Positions 10,509 through 23,128 of a stretch of 64,000 bases of DNA are shown piece after piece. The stretch spans positions 16,430,001 to 16,494,000 of the forward strand of contig JBHGNT010000003.1 in assembly GCA_043228905.1 (NCBI GenBank), read 5' to 3'. Both the position numbers and the translations under genes were made by a program. This DNA is from Azolla caroliniana (lineage: Eukaryota; Plantae; Polypodiophyta). The notes beneath the pieces were generated by a model. It was given only the letters and a program-made list of their open reading frames with translations. It searched no databases and was not told the origin of the DNA. The first letter of the stretch is position 1, and each line of letters opens with the position of its first letter.

Positions 10509-12855
10509 TGTAAACAGTTACATGCGGAAACTACACACCCACCACAACCGGCTCAGTCGAATAGCAACAGAAAACAGAGACGTAGGTTTAATGGAAAGCT
10601 TGAGAGCAATACGTGAGAGAGTGAGAGAGAGACAGAGAACAAAACTTAGTTTCAAAATAATACTCTGTTCTATACATCGAATGTGCTCAGAGAGCACTTT
10701 TATACAAGCCCTTTGAAGGACTGACACAAGTACCATCAGTACTTGAATGCTCATAAAGGAGCTCCTATACTAACTCCCAAATATATTCCTTCGCAGAATA
10801 TCTTTCCATGGCCTTCTCTGCCAGCTCAACCTTCTGGGTCTTCCTAGTGCCTTCATGCCTTGCTCGCGCTCATCGTCCAGTTCGGTTCTACATTCCTCAA
10901 CCCTTTCAGTCGACTTGTCTGCTTGTAAGGCCCTTGTCAACTCCCTCACTATCGCGACTTCGGCGCTCATCGATCTGACAATTCCTTCGTTTTGGTGTCG
11001 GCTTCGGTTGCCTTCTCATCTACATGACCTTCATGTGATTCGGTTCATCCGAATTGAACTCCTCAAACGAATCGGTTGTCTCTTATTCATTCCGGCTCTT
11101 GTCTGATTTCTCCCCTCTTTAGACCCTTGACCACATCTGTCCATGTCTTGGTCCTAGCCTTCCCTTGGTCGGGTTTGTCCTTCCTGAGTTTGTCGCCTCT
11201 CTCAACTCTTCCATCCCTTGGTTCGATTGGCTTTGGCTTCGGCTCTCTCTTGTGGCAGCTCCCCCTACATGCGGCTAGCCTTTGCTTAGCCGATCTTCTT
11301 CCACCTGTCCATGCATCCAACATTTCCTTGGCTTCTTCAGCCGATCCGGACGTTCCGACTTCTTCAGTCGATCCGGCTTTTCAAACATCACTCCTCCCCC
11401 TCAAGTTCGGCATGTCAAGATGTTGTAAGCCAAGCATACTCGAAAAATGGCGCAACTTGTCAAGGACAAGAGGCTTGGTGAAGATATCGGCAGTTTGTCG
11501 ATCCAGCGGAACATACACAAGTTCGACTTCACCAAAAAGGACTCACTCGCGAACAAAATGATAGTGCACCTCAATGTGCTTGGTCCGGGTGTGGAAGACG
11601 GGGTTCTTCGCAAGTTGGATGTTCCTAAGGTTGTCGCACTAGATCGTCATCGAATCAGACACCTCCTCCTGTAGATCCTTCAATAGCCTTTTGAGCCATA
11701 TGGCTTCGCACGTCGTGACATTCGCTCCTTGATACTCGACCTCGATGCTCAACAATGCAATTGTCAGCTACTTCTTGTTGCTCTAGGTGATTGTGATGCC
11801 TCCAAGTGAAAACGTGAAGCTCGATGTAGACCTTCATATGTCGGCGTTTCCAACCCAATCAGCATTTGTGTAGCTGACCAATTGTTTGGCAGTACCATTT
11901 TGATACAACAATCCCCTGTCCTTGGTGCCGCTGACATACCTGAGTATTCTGTGTGTGTTGAAGGTGCTCCACGATCGGATGCGCCATGAATTGACTAATC
12001 AAGCTGACCTGATAGTTGAGGTCCGATCGGGTAATGGTCAAGTATATAAGGCTTCTGATGATCTGTTAGAACCTTTTCGGGTCACATGTCGTTTTGGAGT
12101 CGGGGCAAAGCTTCACATTTCTATCTAAAGGAGTTAAGACTGACTTGCATTCCGGCATACCGAACTTGAAGAGCATACTCAACACATAATGTTGTTAGCT
12201 GATCAATATGCCTTCATGGGTGCGGATCACTTCGATCCCGAGGAAGTAATGAAGGTCCCCCAAGTCCTTCATGTCGAATGATGCTGCTAGTTGGGACTTG
12301 ACGTGGGCGATTTCATCTAGGTCGGTGCCGACGATGACTAAATCATCAACATAGAGTAAGAGACTTACCGGCCCATTCTGACCTTGCCATGTGAAGAGTG
12401 AAGAATCCGACCTAGACGCGGCAAACCCCATCTGACGCAATCCTTGCGTGATGTTCGCATTCCAGGCAAGCAACGCTTGCTTTAGTCCATACAGGGACAT
12501 CTTCAGTCGATAAATAGCTAACGTATTCATTCCAGACTGCAATCCGAGGGATTGTACCATGTACACCTGTTCCTCAAGCTCACCTTGCAGGAACACATTC
12601 TTTACATCCATTTGATGTAAGTGCCACCCCTTTGCCGCGGCTACTGCTAGCACAACACGGACGATCAACATCTTCGCCACCGGCGCGAACGTGTCATCGT
12701 AGTCGATGTCGTGTTGTTGCGCATAGCCTTTCACCACTAACCCGGCCTTGTATTGGTTGGCGGAGTCGTCGGTGTTGTACTTGACCTTGTACATCCACCT
12801 ACATCTGGTCGGCTTCACACCATTTGGTGGGTCAACCAGGTCCCCTGTTTCGTTT
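10509..12855 (-). mobile_element. Ty1/copia element C, 3' half only (RT-RNase H, 3' extension, 3' LTR ~10823-10509)
   Basis: RT motifs QMDVKNVFL and LYVDDL; RNase H end [14 protein letters not shown]...ADIFTKPL...LRG. LTR end TGTAAACAGTTACATGCGG is homologous to the element B LTR. Cut at 12856 by another LTR. Confidence 0.88.
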
Positions 12856-15800
12856 TGTTAGGAATTTGGTCCCTCTGGATGGGATCCGGATGAGAATCAA
12901 AGGAGCCGAATCGGACGGATCTAGAAGATATCCAAATGATCTGGTGTGAACCGAATCTAGGGACATATCTGTAAATATGTTTCTAGAGGGCCTGTCATGG
13001 CCATATTTGTAAATAGTCCTTGTTGAGAGATCAAGCTCAACTTAGTTTAGTTAGTTAGTCAACCATGTACCTTCGTAGTTACCTAGATAGAATCTAGTTA
13101 GAAGTGTTGACTATAACAACTTAAATAGGACTTTGTACTTAAGTAGGATAATCTAGATCCTCCACTCCCGAGGTCATTTAATATAGGACTTACACGGTTG
13201 TACCTATATTCTCCTCACACATGTGCACCCTTGCACATGAGATCTATATATACCTCATTGATGGTATTTTTGTATTTGATGATGATGATGATGATGATAA
13301 TGCTAATTTAATATACTTACTCATCCCCCATCTTGTGTTGTTCATAAGTGTATCTCTCTCTCTCTCTCTTCCTCTCATACACATACACACACATATCACA
13401 TAATCTTCCGCTTATCAACTTAATCATATAATTAGGTACTAATTAACCCTTAATTACTTACCTAATTCTTAACATGGTATCAGAGCATGTGGTTTAGAAA
13501 ATCCACTAAGCCCACTCGACTCCGTGATTGTGTGTTCGAGACGTCGACGACAAAATCTAGCTATCGGTTACCGTAGTGCCGCTACGTAGCACGTGTACGT
13601 GATCGAAGGAAGAAAAGCAAAAGAAGAGAAGACACTACAATCAACATGAACACACAAATGGGTAGCTCGCTCCCTAGTGAAAAGCTAGACCAGAGCAATT
13701 ATTCATCTTGGGGGTACAAGATGACCCAATACCTCGTCGGTCAAGGGTATTGGAGCTACATCAACGACGCTCAAGAAAATTGACCCGACTCAAAGAACGC
13801 CGACTACGTAACATGGGAGCAAGCGGCTAGTCGAGTCATGTATTGCTTGGCAACATGTGTCCACGACCACATGCTTAGCCATATTCGAGACACCAAGACG
13901 CCTAAAGAAGCGTGAGCAAACTTAAAGAAAATGTTCGCCGCCAACACAACCGCTCGAAAGCTTCAACTCCAACAAGAGTTGAATAACATTCGACAAAAAG
14001 ATCAAGAGCATTTGCGACTCACTTGGCTCCATCAACATAAACGTCGACGAAGACGAGATGGTTCAAGTATGCTTGGGTGGCCTCGCACAACGATTCGATC
14101 CATTACGGACGACAATTTTGGCGAGAGAAAACCCTCCTTCATTCTTCGACCTCCAATCAATGTTGTTGGTCGAAGAGAACCACGTCTGAACCAAAAGCAA
14201 GACGTCAAAAGGAAAAATGTTCTTCTTGAATTCGGACGGTGGCCGAGGAGGAGGTCACGGCAGTAGAAGAGGTCAATTCGACCCATCACACGAAGGGAAC
14301 TCACACCTTCACGGAAGCCATCGAAGAACCTTCGGAAGAAGGGGGAGCTTCCACGCCGAACATGGTCGTCAAACGAGGCCCGCAACTTGCAATTATTGCG
14401 GCAAAATCGGCCACTACGAGGCGAAGTTCGGAAAAAGAGAAGTGAGTCGACTTCAACAAGTTGACAACTCACAAACTACGCATTGAACTCCGACTACGAC
14501 AATCGTAGCGGAATGTTCATGAATCACGCATCGAATTCCGACTACGACGATCGTAGTGAAATGTTTACAAATTACGCCATGAATTCTGACTATGGCGACC
14601 GTGGCGGAATGTTCATAATGAGGCATAGAGCGAACTCTATGAAGGCCTCTAACTCCACAAGCACCTCCAATTCGGAAGACGTGTGGTTCATTGATTCCGG
14701 CGCCTCACATCACATGACATCTCATGAAGAGTGGTTTCGTGATTTACGAACACCGGATCAACCCGGCTTCATATCAACCCAGCTTCATAGAGACGGGAGA
14801 CGACACCACGCACCCCATTCGACACATCGGCAATGTCCCATTCGGGAAAGAAGGCGAGCAAACTTGCATCAAGAATGTCTTGCATGTGCCCACAATAACG
14901 AAGAATTTGGTCTCCATCGGCCAAATCATGGAGCAAGGCATGCAAGTCTGCTTCAACAACGAAGGTTGTTTCATTGAGAAAGATGGCCGACTCATAGCCA
15001 AGGGGCGGAGAGACGGTCGCATGTTCATCCTCGATTTGAATGAGGTGAAATCGTCCATGTACGCTAAAAGTCTCAAAACCGAGACAAGCATCGAGTTGTG
15101 GCACAAGAGAATCGGCCACATAAACCTCCAATGGCTTCAAGCGATGCAAACCAAGGGAGTCGTCATCGGACTACCGACATTCGAGTCGAAACGAGTCGAC
15201 CAAGTATGCGAAGCGTGTCAACTCGGCAAACAACATCGACTCCCATTCCCAAAGGAGAGCTCCGCAAGCAAAGGCCCCTCGACGTCATACACTCGGATGT
15301 ATGGGGACCGGCTCAAATGCTGACGATCGGAGGATGTCGATACTACGTAACCTTCATCGACAACTACTACCCGATGAAGAAGAAAAGCGAAGTGTTCTGC
15401 CACTTCCAAAAGCTCAAGGGACAAGTCGAAAAAAAAAACGGTCGACACATTCGACGCCTACGATTGGATGGAGGCAAGGAGTACTTCTCCGACGAATTCA
15501 CCTCCTACCTCCAAAGTGAAGGCATTCGTAGAGAATTCTCATGCCAACACACACCCCAACAAAATGGAGTCGCCGAAAGGAAGAATCGGCAAATACTCGA
15601 GGTAGCACGCGCCATGATGCATGAGAAGCACATGCCGAACTTCTATTGGGCCGAAGCGGCATCCACGACCGTCTATCTCATGAACCGGTGCACCATGGAG
15701 TCCATGAGCTAACTCCATACGAGCTCCTCATCAGAAGGAAGCCGATCCTGTTGCACCTCAAGGTGTTCGGAAGCATTGCGAATGTACGCATCCTGAACGA

Positions 15801-18215
15801 ACAACAACAAAAGCCCGACGCGAAGTCGAAGGAATGTATCCTCATAGGATACTCGTCCGAGAAGAAGGCATACAAATGCTACAATCCTTCTACCTGAGCG
15901 GTTTGGGTAAGTCGAGACATAGTTTTCGATGAGTCCGCATCCTGGTACACACTAGAGACAACTTCGACTCCGACTCCGCTCGACCCAGAATCCGTCGAAC
16001 AAGAGGTAGAAGATGGAGATCGCTTCGAACACATGTTCAAAGAAAGTCCAATTACGGCAAAGCCTAATGGGCCACAAGAGCCCCCACGCAACCCAATCAT
16101 GTCGCGGCCAAGTATGAACTTGGACAAAGGCAAAGGTAAGATGCCTGAATACGAAGTTGATCACCCCGACGATAGTGATTTGGATGTGTCGGCTCCCTCA
16201 CTAGACAGTGAGTTTGGTGTACCCATCATGCGGACACCTGGAGTAAAGAAAGCGCTCACATAGGCGAGCGAAAAACTTTGACGCTCTTCTAGAGAGAAGA
16301 ATCCCCTCACTCGGCTCGGCTACAACAAGTACATGGCCCATCACTATGCCTTCACGATGAAGGTAGCGGCCGAACAAGAGCCCAAGAGCTCCACCGCAAC
16401 GGCTCGTAACCCATGATGGGTGGAAGTAGTCGACCTTCGCCCACACACTACAAGCCTTCGTCACCGTCTTGAGGGGGAGGAACCGAGATTGCTACGGCGA
16501 ACAAAGCTGAAGGCCGCACAGAAGCCGCACAGAAGCCGACACCGAAAGCAGAACAACGCCAAAAGCAGAACTGGATGTCGGATGCCTCACACTTGAGCTT
16601 CAGGGGGCATGTTGAGAGATCAAGCTCAACTTAGTTTAGTTAGTTAGTCAACCATGTAACTTCATAGTTACCTAGATAGAATCTAGTTAGAAGTGTTGAC
16701 TATAACAACTTAAATAGGTCCTTGTACTTAAGTAGGATATTCTAGATCCTCCACTCCCAAGGTCATTAATATAGGACTTACAAGGTTGTACCTATATTCT
16801 CCTCACACATGTGCACCCTTGCACATGAGATCTATATATACCTCATTGATGGTATTTTTATATTTGATGATGATGATGATGATAATGCTAATTTAATATA
16901 CTTACTCATCCCCCATCTTGTGTTGTTCATAAGTGTATCTCTCTCTCTCTCTCTCTCTTCCTCTCACACACATACACACACATATCACATAATCTTCCGC
17001 TTATCAACTTAATCACATAATTAGGTACTAATTAACCCTTAATTACTTACCTAATTCTTAACAATCCTAAAGTCATATAAGTATAAATATGACTTAGGGC
17101 AACCACTTATGTGGTGAGGTCATTAGAGTTGTTAGTCATTAGAGTTGTTAGTTTTTACTGTTGTAGAGAGAGAGAGAGAAAGCTCTCTCTCTCTAATAAG
17201 AAAGTTAGTTGGAAATCACATTCATCATTTGGTTTGATAAGAAAGGTTAGGGGATGTCAAGAGACATATTCACAGTTTGTAATGATATGAATATGTATCT
17301 CTCTACGTAGATATGTAAAGTTGACTTACAAGTTGTAATAGGGTTTTTTTTACATGCAATTAATATAATTGTGTGATTTTACCCAAAAAAAAAACGATAT
17401 AGAAAGCTCTTTTGTTGTAACCGCCGGTTGGCGAAGACATAGAGCTCGAGGTCATTGCCTCCGAGTCTCGCTTGGTATCCTCTTCTCATAGTGATAGTTG
17501 GAGTCTGTGGGCTCTCATGGTTTTTCCCTATTAGGGTTTTCCACGTAAACATCTAGTGTCGTCTCATATTGTGGAAGTGCATTAATCTCATTTCTATTTC
17601 CTGCTTTCTTCCATTGAGTGTTTAAGACTCGGTAGAGGCCGAGCACTATTCCGCACAAATTGGTATCAAAGCGAAGGTTCTAAACCTTGACGAAAATGGA
17701 AGAGTCATTTGGAAGCATGTTCAAGCTCACCGGCTCCAACTACCCAGTATGGAAGTTGAAGATGAGGAACATGCTCGTGGTCAAAGAGCTCTAATTGCCA
17801 GTATAGTTCAGGGATAAGAAATCGAACAAGATCGATGCCACGACGTGGGAGGTGATTGACATGAAGACGACAACGTACATTAGGTGCTTCATCGACATGA
17901 GCCTGTACAACAACTTGAATGAAGAAAGCAAAGCTCATGTGCTCTGGGAGAAAATCGGCACCATGCTGGAGAGTAAAAACGTCGTAAATCAGGTTTCAAT
18001 ATTCCGGAAGTTAGTGAGACTCTACCAAGACAGATCCAGCATGGCGGAGCACATGAATGCATTCCAGGGGCTCATAAATCAAATAACCTCATTGGAAGTA
18101 CCTTTAGTCGACGAGGTCCTTGCGTTTCTCCTGCTCGGTTCCCTCCCGGATAGTTGGGAGACGCTAGTTATCACCTTGGGCAACGCCGGGCTGGAAGGAA
18201 AACAATTGTCGCTAG
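12856..18215 (+). mobile_element. Tork/Tnt1-like copia element G: 5'LTR 12856-17657 (split by element D), PBS 17661-17672, truncated gag 17696-~18215
   Basis: LTR TGTTAGG...CCGCACA and PBS TGGTATCAAAGC. Gag MEESFGSMFKLTGSNYPVWK...LWEKI...LLLGSLPDSWETLV, with stops; ends abruptly. Confidence 0.85.
13021..17063 (+). mobile_element. Ty1/copia element D lacking RT/RNase H; LTRs 13021-13474 and 16610-17063
   Basis: Two very similar 454-bp LTRs (TGTTGAGAGATCAAGCTCAAC...CTTAACA). PBS 13475-13486, PPT AGGGGGCA before 16610, TSD GTCCT/ATCCT. Decayed gag-PR-INT at 13646-~16430. Confidence 0.95.
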
Positions 18216-18556
18216 CAAGTAAAATCAAGCAAAGGAAAACAATTGTCCCTCGTGAGAGTCTTGTGTGTGTCTGTGTCTCTGCGTGTGAAGTATATATGTA
18301 TATATAATATATGTATAGGTTACCTTTCACCACCCCTCCTCTTCTTCCCAATCAATCTCTCAACCTAATTCGTTAAGAGCAAGAGAAGAACTCCATCAAT
18401 TCCATCTCCATCTCCACCTTCTTCTTTTCTTCTTCTTCTCCTCTGTCTTTCTTCTTCTTCTTCTTCTTCTTCTTCTTCTTCACCATCGCCTTCGAATTCT
18501 TCTTCCATTCCTTCTTCTTTCCACGGCCCCAAGGGCACTATGAACGATGGCAAGAG

Positions 18557-21500
18557 ATGTCCCTACCCACATCGCCATCTCGCCTCCTCTTCTTCTTCTT
18601 CTTCCCCTGCACCACCACCATCATTTGTGTAATACTCATCAATGTACACCTCCTCCTCTTCATCACTACCACCACGGTGTTGGCAGTAGAGGATGCTGTC
18701 TTGCTTCACAACTTCAGAAGAACAATCACACACGACCCGAACAGGGCATTTGCCTCTTGGTCTCTCTCTTCTCCGGCTCGACCCTGTGATTGGCTTGGGG
18801 TTGAATGTGATCTGAAGGTCCTCAAAACAGGTTCTCTCTCTCTCTCTCTCCGATGTCCTCAAGAAATGAGAAGAAAGAAAATATATGAAAAAAGAAATCT
18901 CCAGATGAAGCCATTCTAACTTTTTTAAGTGCAATCTCGTTTTTGTTTTCAAACACTGATTTCACAGGTGTCCCTGTCGTCCGCCGTGTCTCGCTCCCGA
19001 ACAAGAATATTCTCGGCACCCTTTGGCCTGAGCTCGGCCAATTGAAGTTTCTCAGATCTCTGAATTTGTCCCGGAACAGGTTCCGAGGCCAAGTCCCGCC
19101 TTACGTTGCAAATGCGATCGTTCTGGAAACCTTGGACTTGAGTTACAATGCATTCACGGGGGTTCTTCCTTCTTTCGAGAAGGCCACACATTTGAAGGTC
19201 TTAGCTTTGTCGAACAATCAATTTGAGGGAGATTTTCCCGGTGTGATATGTGATGGCCCGGCACTCCGAAACATTGATATGAGCAAGAATGGGATGAAAG
19301 GTATGTATTTGTTGGTTTATATTCGATGGTTCCACCTCTTTGCAAAACTATTATTGTGCAGAGGATATGAACAAAGATGCAAGTTTTACGTTGTCCATGC
19401 CTCCACCTCATTACAAGTAAGAGGGACCTATTGGAATGAGATGAAAGGATAATCCTTTTACATTTTATGCTTCAAACATCTTTACAAAGCAGGAGGCCAC
19501 TACTGTTGAGAATATAGGTTGATTAGTGTTTAGCAAATACATTCTCATCATAGTAATAAGAATCCAATGAAAGGTGATTTCTTTTTTGCATTTTAGGCAT
19601 CTTTTATACAGTAGAGGAAACTATCATTGAGCATGAGACATGAGCAATACTTTGAAAAGTGCATTAGTTTTTTATCCTTTATGAGGTAGAGGATCCTGAT
19701 TTTGAGCATAGGACATGTGCAAGAGTGTGATGACAGGTATGATTTTGTACTTTATGCCTCCACTTCATAACAAGATAGAGAACACTACAGTTGAGCATAG
19801 GAAATTGCTATTTCAGCCCACATTCAGTATGAGCAAGAATGCCATGAAAGGTAAGTTTTTACAGTTGATGTGAGGGAATTGTTAAATTTATGGTATTCAT
19901 TGAATTCCTTACAGGTTTCCTCTATTCTATATGGAAAGGGATATAATTCCCACTGTTAGAATCTACCTTTAGACTAATACCGAATCTCATGTTTAAGATA
20001 ACCGATTGGGTTCAGCATAGTTAGTCATATGGAAGAAGGTAAACATTGAGACTTGGCGTACTGTTTTGTTTCACCCTTTTATACTTATTTTTCTGAATTC
20101 TTGCTGCAATATATGTGATCGGTTGCATTATGCATTTTTTCTGGATCAAGTTCATTATATATTGATTCATGCTTCTTGTCTTCGTAGGTGTGATCTCATC
20201 GGACATTTCCAGATGCAGTAATCTGGAGGTCTTAAGACTTTCAGACAATGCACTTCATGGTGATGTTCCAAGGAGTTTGGGCGAGCTTACACGTCTAAGA
20301 GTTCTTGACCTATCACATAATCAGTTGACAGGAAGACTACCGGAGGCCATTGGCAGCATGACATATCTGACTCAGCTGAAATTGAGCTTTAACTATTTTA
20401 CGGGTTTCATTACACCATCCATCAGTGCGGCAACATACATGATAGTGCTTGACCTCAGCAACAACCAAATTGGAAAGAACATTCCAGAAAGCTTAGGAAG
20501 CTTAACTTTTCTTGAGCAAATGTCTTTATCGAAGAACAAGCTTCAGGGTGCTATACCTCAGAGTATTGGAAAACTGACATCTCTTGTTTCTTTTCTTGAC
20601 TTGTCACACAACATGCTTACTGGAAACATCCCTTCTACTATTGGAAATTTGGGTCGTATTCAAAATATAGACCTTTCTGACAATAGGTTATCAGGGCCAC
20701 TACCTGAGATATCTCAAGGCTTGTTTGCATTAAAAACTTTTGACCTGTCTTCAAATCGTTTGAGCGGAAACATTCCACCTTCTATACAAATGTTTCTGAA
20801 TATTCAATATCTCAACATGTCAAACAATGGACTGAGTGGAGATATACCTATTGAGATTGGAAATCTCATCACATTGTCCAGATTCGATTTGTCAATGAAC
20901 AACTTGATTGGAGCAATTCCAGACAGTTTCGGTAGCCTATCTAGCCTTAGATACTTCAGTGGAGCTTATAACAAATTTTCAGGGTCCCTTCCAATGAATC
21001 TACAAAATCTTACATACATTGAGGTGTTTGATATGTCGCATAACAACTTGTCGGGTTTACTACCGGATATTCCTCTTTTCCGGCAGTTTGTGAAGTCAGG
21101 TTACCTGAAGAATGAAAAGGGGCTCTGTGGCCCAGTTGTAAATGTTACATGCTATACTCCACCCAATGTTCTGAAAGACGTAGGGAAAAAAGTATATAAA
21201 TTTCTCAAGTCTAAGGAGGATAAAATCAAATATTTACCTTTCTTGCTTGCTTCCAGCATGGGAGTGATCATCCTCATTTTTATGGTGTTTTGCTTATTTC
21301 TCAAGATCCTTCGACCAAAGCTCTTTGCAGAAACTGCTGAGTCCTGGGATGTTAAGTACTCTTGCTTGCTGCATTGCTGTGGAAAGAGACAAAGACTATG
21401 TTACAAGGACCTCAGATTAGCCACGGAGCATTTTTGTACTAGGGCATTCATTGGAAGTGGTACCAGATACAAAGTGTACTTGGGTGAGTTTCCCAGACAC

Positions 21501-23081
21501 AGGCATTTGGTCGTAAAAGTATTGAACCGTGAACTTTTTTGGTTGACACGGCCATACTTCTTAAAAGAATGCACCATACTCAACAAGATTAATCATGCGA
21601 ATGTGATGCGATTACTCGACTGGTGCTATAGGCGAGGATTTCTTGCTGTCGTGTACAAGTACATGGAAAGGGGCAGTTTACATGATAATCTATTTGGTAA
21701 AATGCAAATGGCCACTCTAAGCTGGGAGGATCGGTTAGGGATTGCTACCGATGTAGCTCTTGGCCTTGCTTTTCTGCATCGTCAAGCGAAGAAGAAACGG
21801 ATTGTGTTTTGTCATCTGTGTCCTAATAACATCTTGTTAGATGAAAAATGTAGGGCAAAGATTGGTGGCTTGCAAGTTGTTCGAAAATCTGATGATCATG
21901 CGATGGCAGAGGGTGTCCTCAACAGAGCTCCTTCACGCAAACCAAACCCTGATGATTACACCAACTATTTAGCACCAGGTAATCACAAAGTGTATATTTT
22001 ATTTAAAGTTATAATTACTTGCTTTTTCTCATCTTTGAATGGGCATGTGTGTTGAATAAATAAGGATAAGAGTTCAGGAAAATACTTAGGAATGCAAAAT
22101 CATGATAGGATGTGAAAATTTGCATTCCAAGAGGATGCAATGTAGTCCGTCATATACATCGAGCTAACTGAGTATGGTCACAGCACAACTGATATCTCGT
22201 TGAATTGTACTAGATAGTGACATCAATTACAACACTTGAATATGGCTTAATATAAGCTTAACTGGTACTCATCATGACAGCACTTAAATGGTACTCATGA
22301 TTGATCAAGCTTTCAGTTGAGTACCATTATATTGCAAAGACTACTTAGGCAATGATCTATGGTTGAACCTTCAAAATGCTAATTAGGCATGTTACAGTTT
22401 TTTCATGGTCGCACTTCTCATAGACATTTGCACAATTCTTGTTCATAGTTATAGTTCTGTAAGATCCAAGGGATATATATATATAAAGTATAGAATGCAT
22501 GCATGATATGTACATGTATATATATATAGTACCGAGGCAATAAAATTGATAAAGACTCATGTTGGCTTGTGTTACTTCAATTTGATACATAATAATAGAA
22601 TTATACTTTGTATTTTTTTTATTGCAGCAACTAGGAGTAGGCCTCTTTTAAAGAAAATATTGGCAATAACTTCCCTCAATTTTTAATAGAATGCACACCT
22701 GAAGGCGAAACTATAAGCAAGCAAGGAGAGGTTTACAGCTATGGATTGATAGTTTTGGAGCTTATCACACGAAAAAGGTCAGGGGCAGGATCATTATCGT
22801 TGGATAAAACTACGCTCGAGACAAAGATACGAGCATTTTTCCCACACAATGTGATGCAATTTGTAGATGTGGGACTCTTTCAAACAACTTCAGATCCTTC
22901 CAATCAAGTCTTGGCACTCATTGAGATTGGCCTATTATGTACCGAAGTAGATCCATCACAGCGTCCAGATATGGAAACGATTGTTTCTATTCTAAAGAAG
23001 ATCAAGAATGGAGAGACTGAACTCAACCATTTGAAACCACAAGAAAGGTTTGGACATATTTCAGAAGTGATGAAAACTTAA
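18557..23081 (+). CDS. LRR receptor-like kinase with degenerate (pseudo)kinase domain, ~929 aa; exons 18557-18830, 18968-19300, 20188-21978, 22690-23081
   Basis: Signal peptide, N-cap CDWLGVEC, ~17 plant LRRs (LxxLDLSxNxLxGxIP), C-cap GLCG, TM helix YLPFLLASSMGVIILIFMVFCLFL, kinase fold. All three introns are GT-AG phase 1 and join in frame (2790 nt). The last intron sits at the conserved YLAP|E position. Confidence 0.92.
19277..19855 (+). repeat. Degenerate tandem copies of the exon-2 3' end/5' splice site inside RLK intron 2
   Basis: GATATGAGCAAGAATGGGATGAAAG|GTATG (true junction) recurs as variants near 19363, 19433, 19558, 19637, 19712 and 19828. Confidence 0.7.
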
Positions 23082-23128
23082 AATTATTAATCAATGTTGT
23101 TGAGAAAATTTTCAAAATATCTCAAATG

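Noticed and set aside
11076-11561. Hydrophobic 161-aa ORF as an env-like or antisense gene
   Set aside because: It is the antisense reading of purine-rich pol-end sequence; the hydrophobicity follows from composition.
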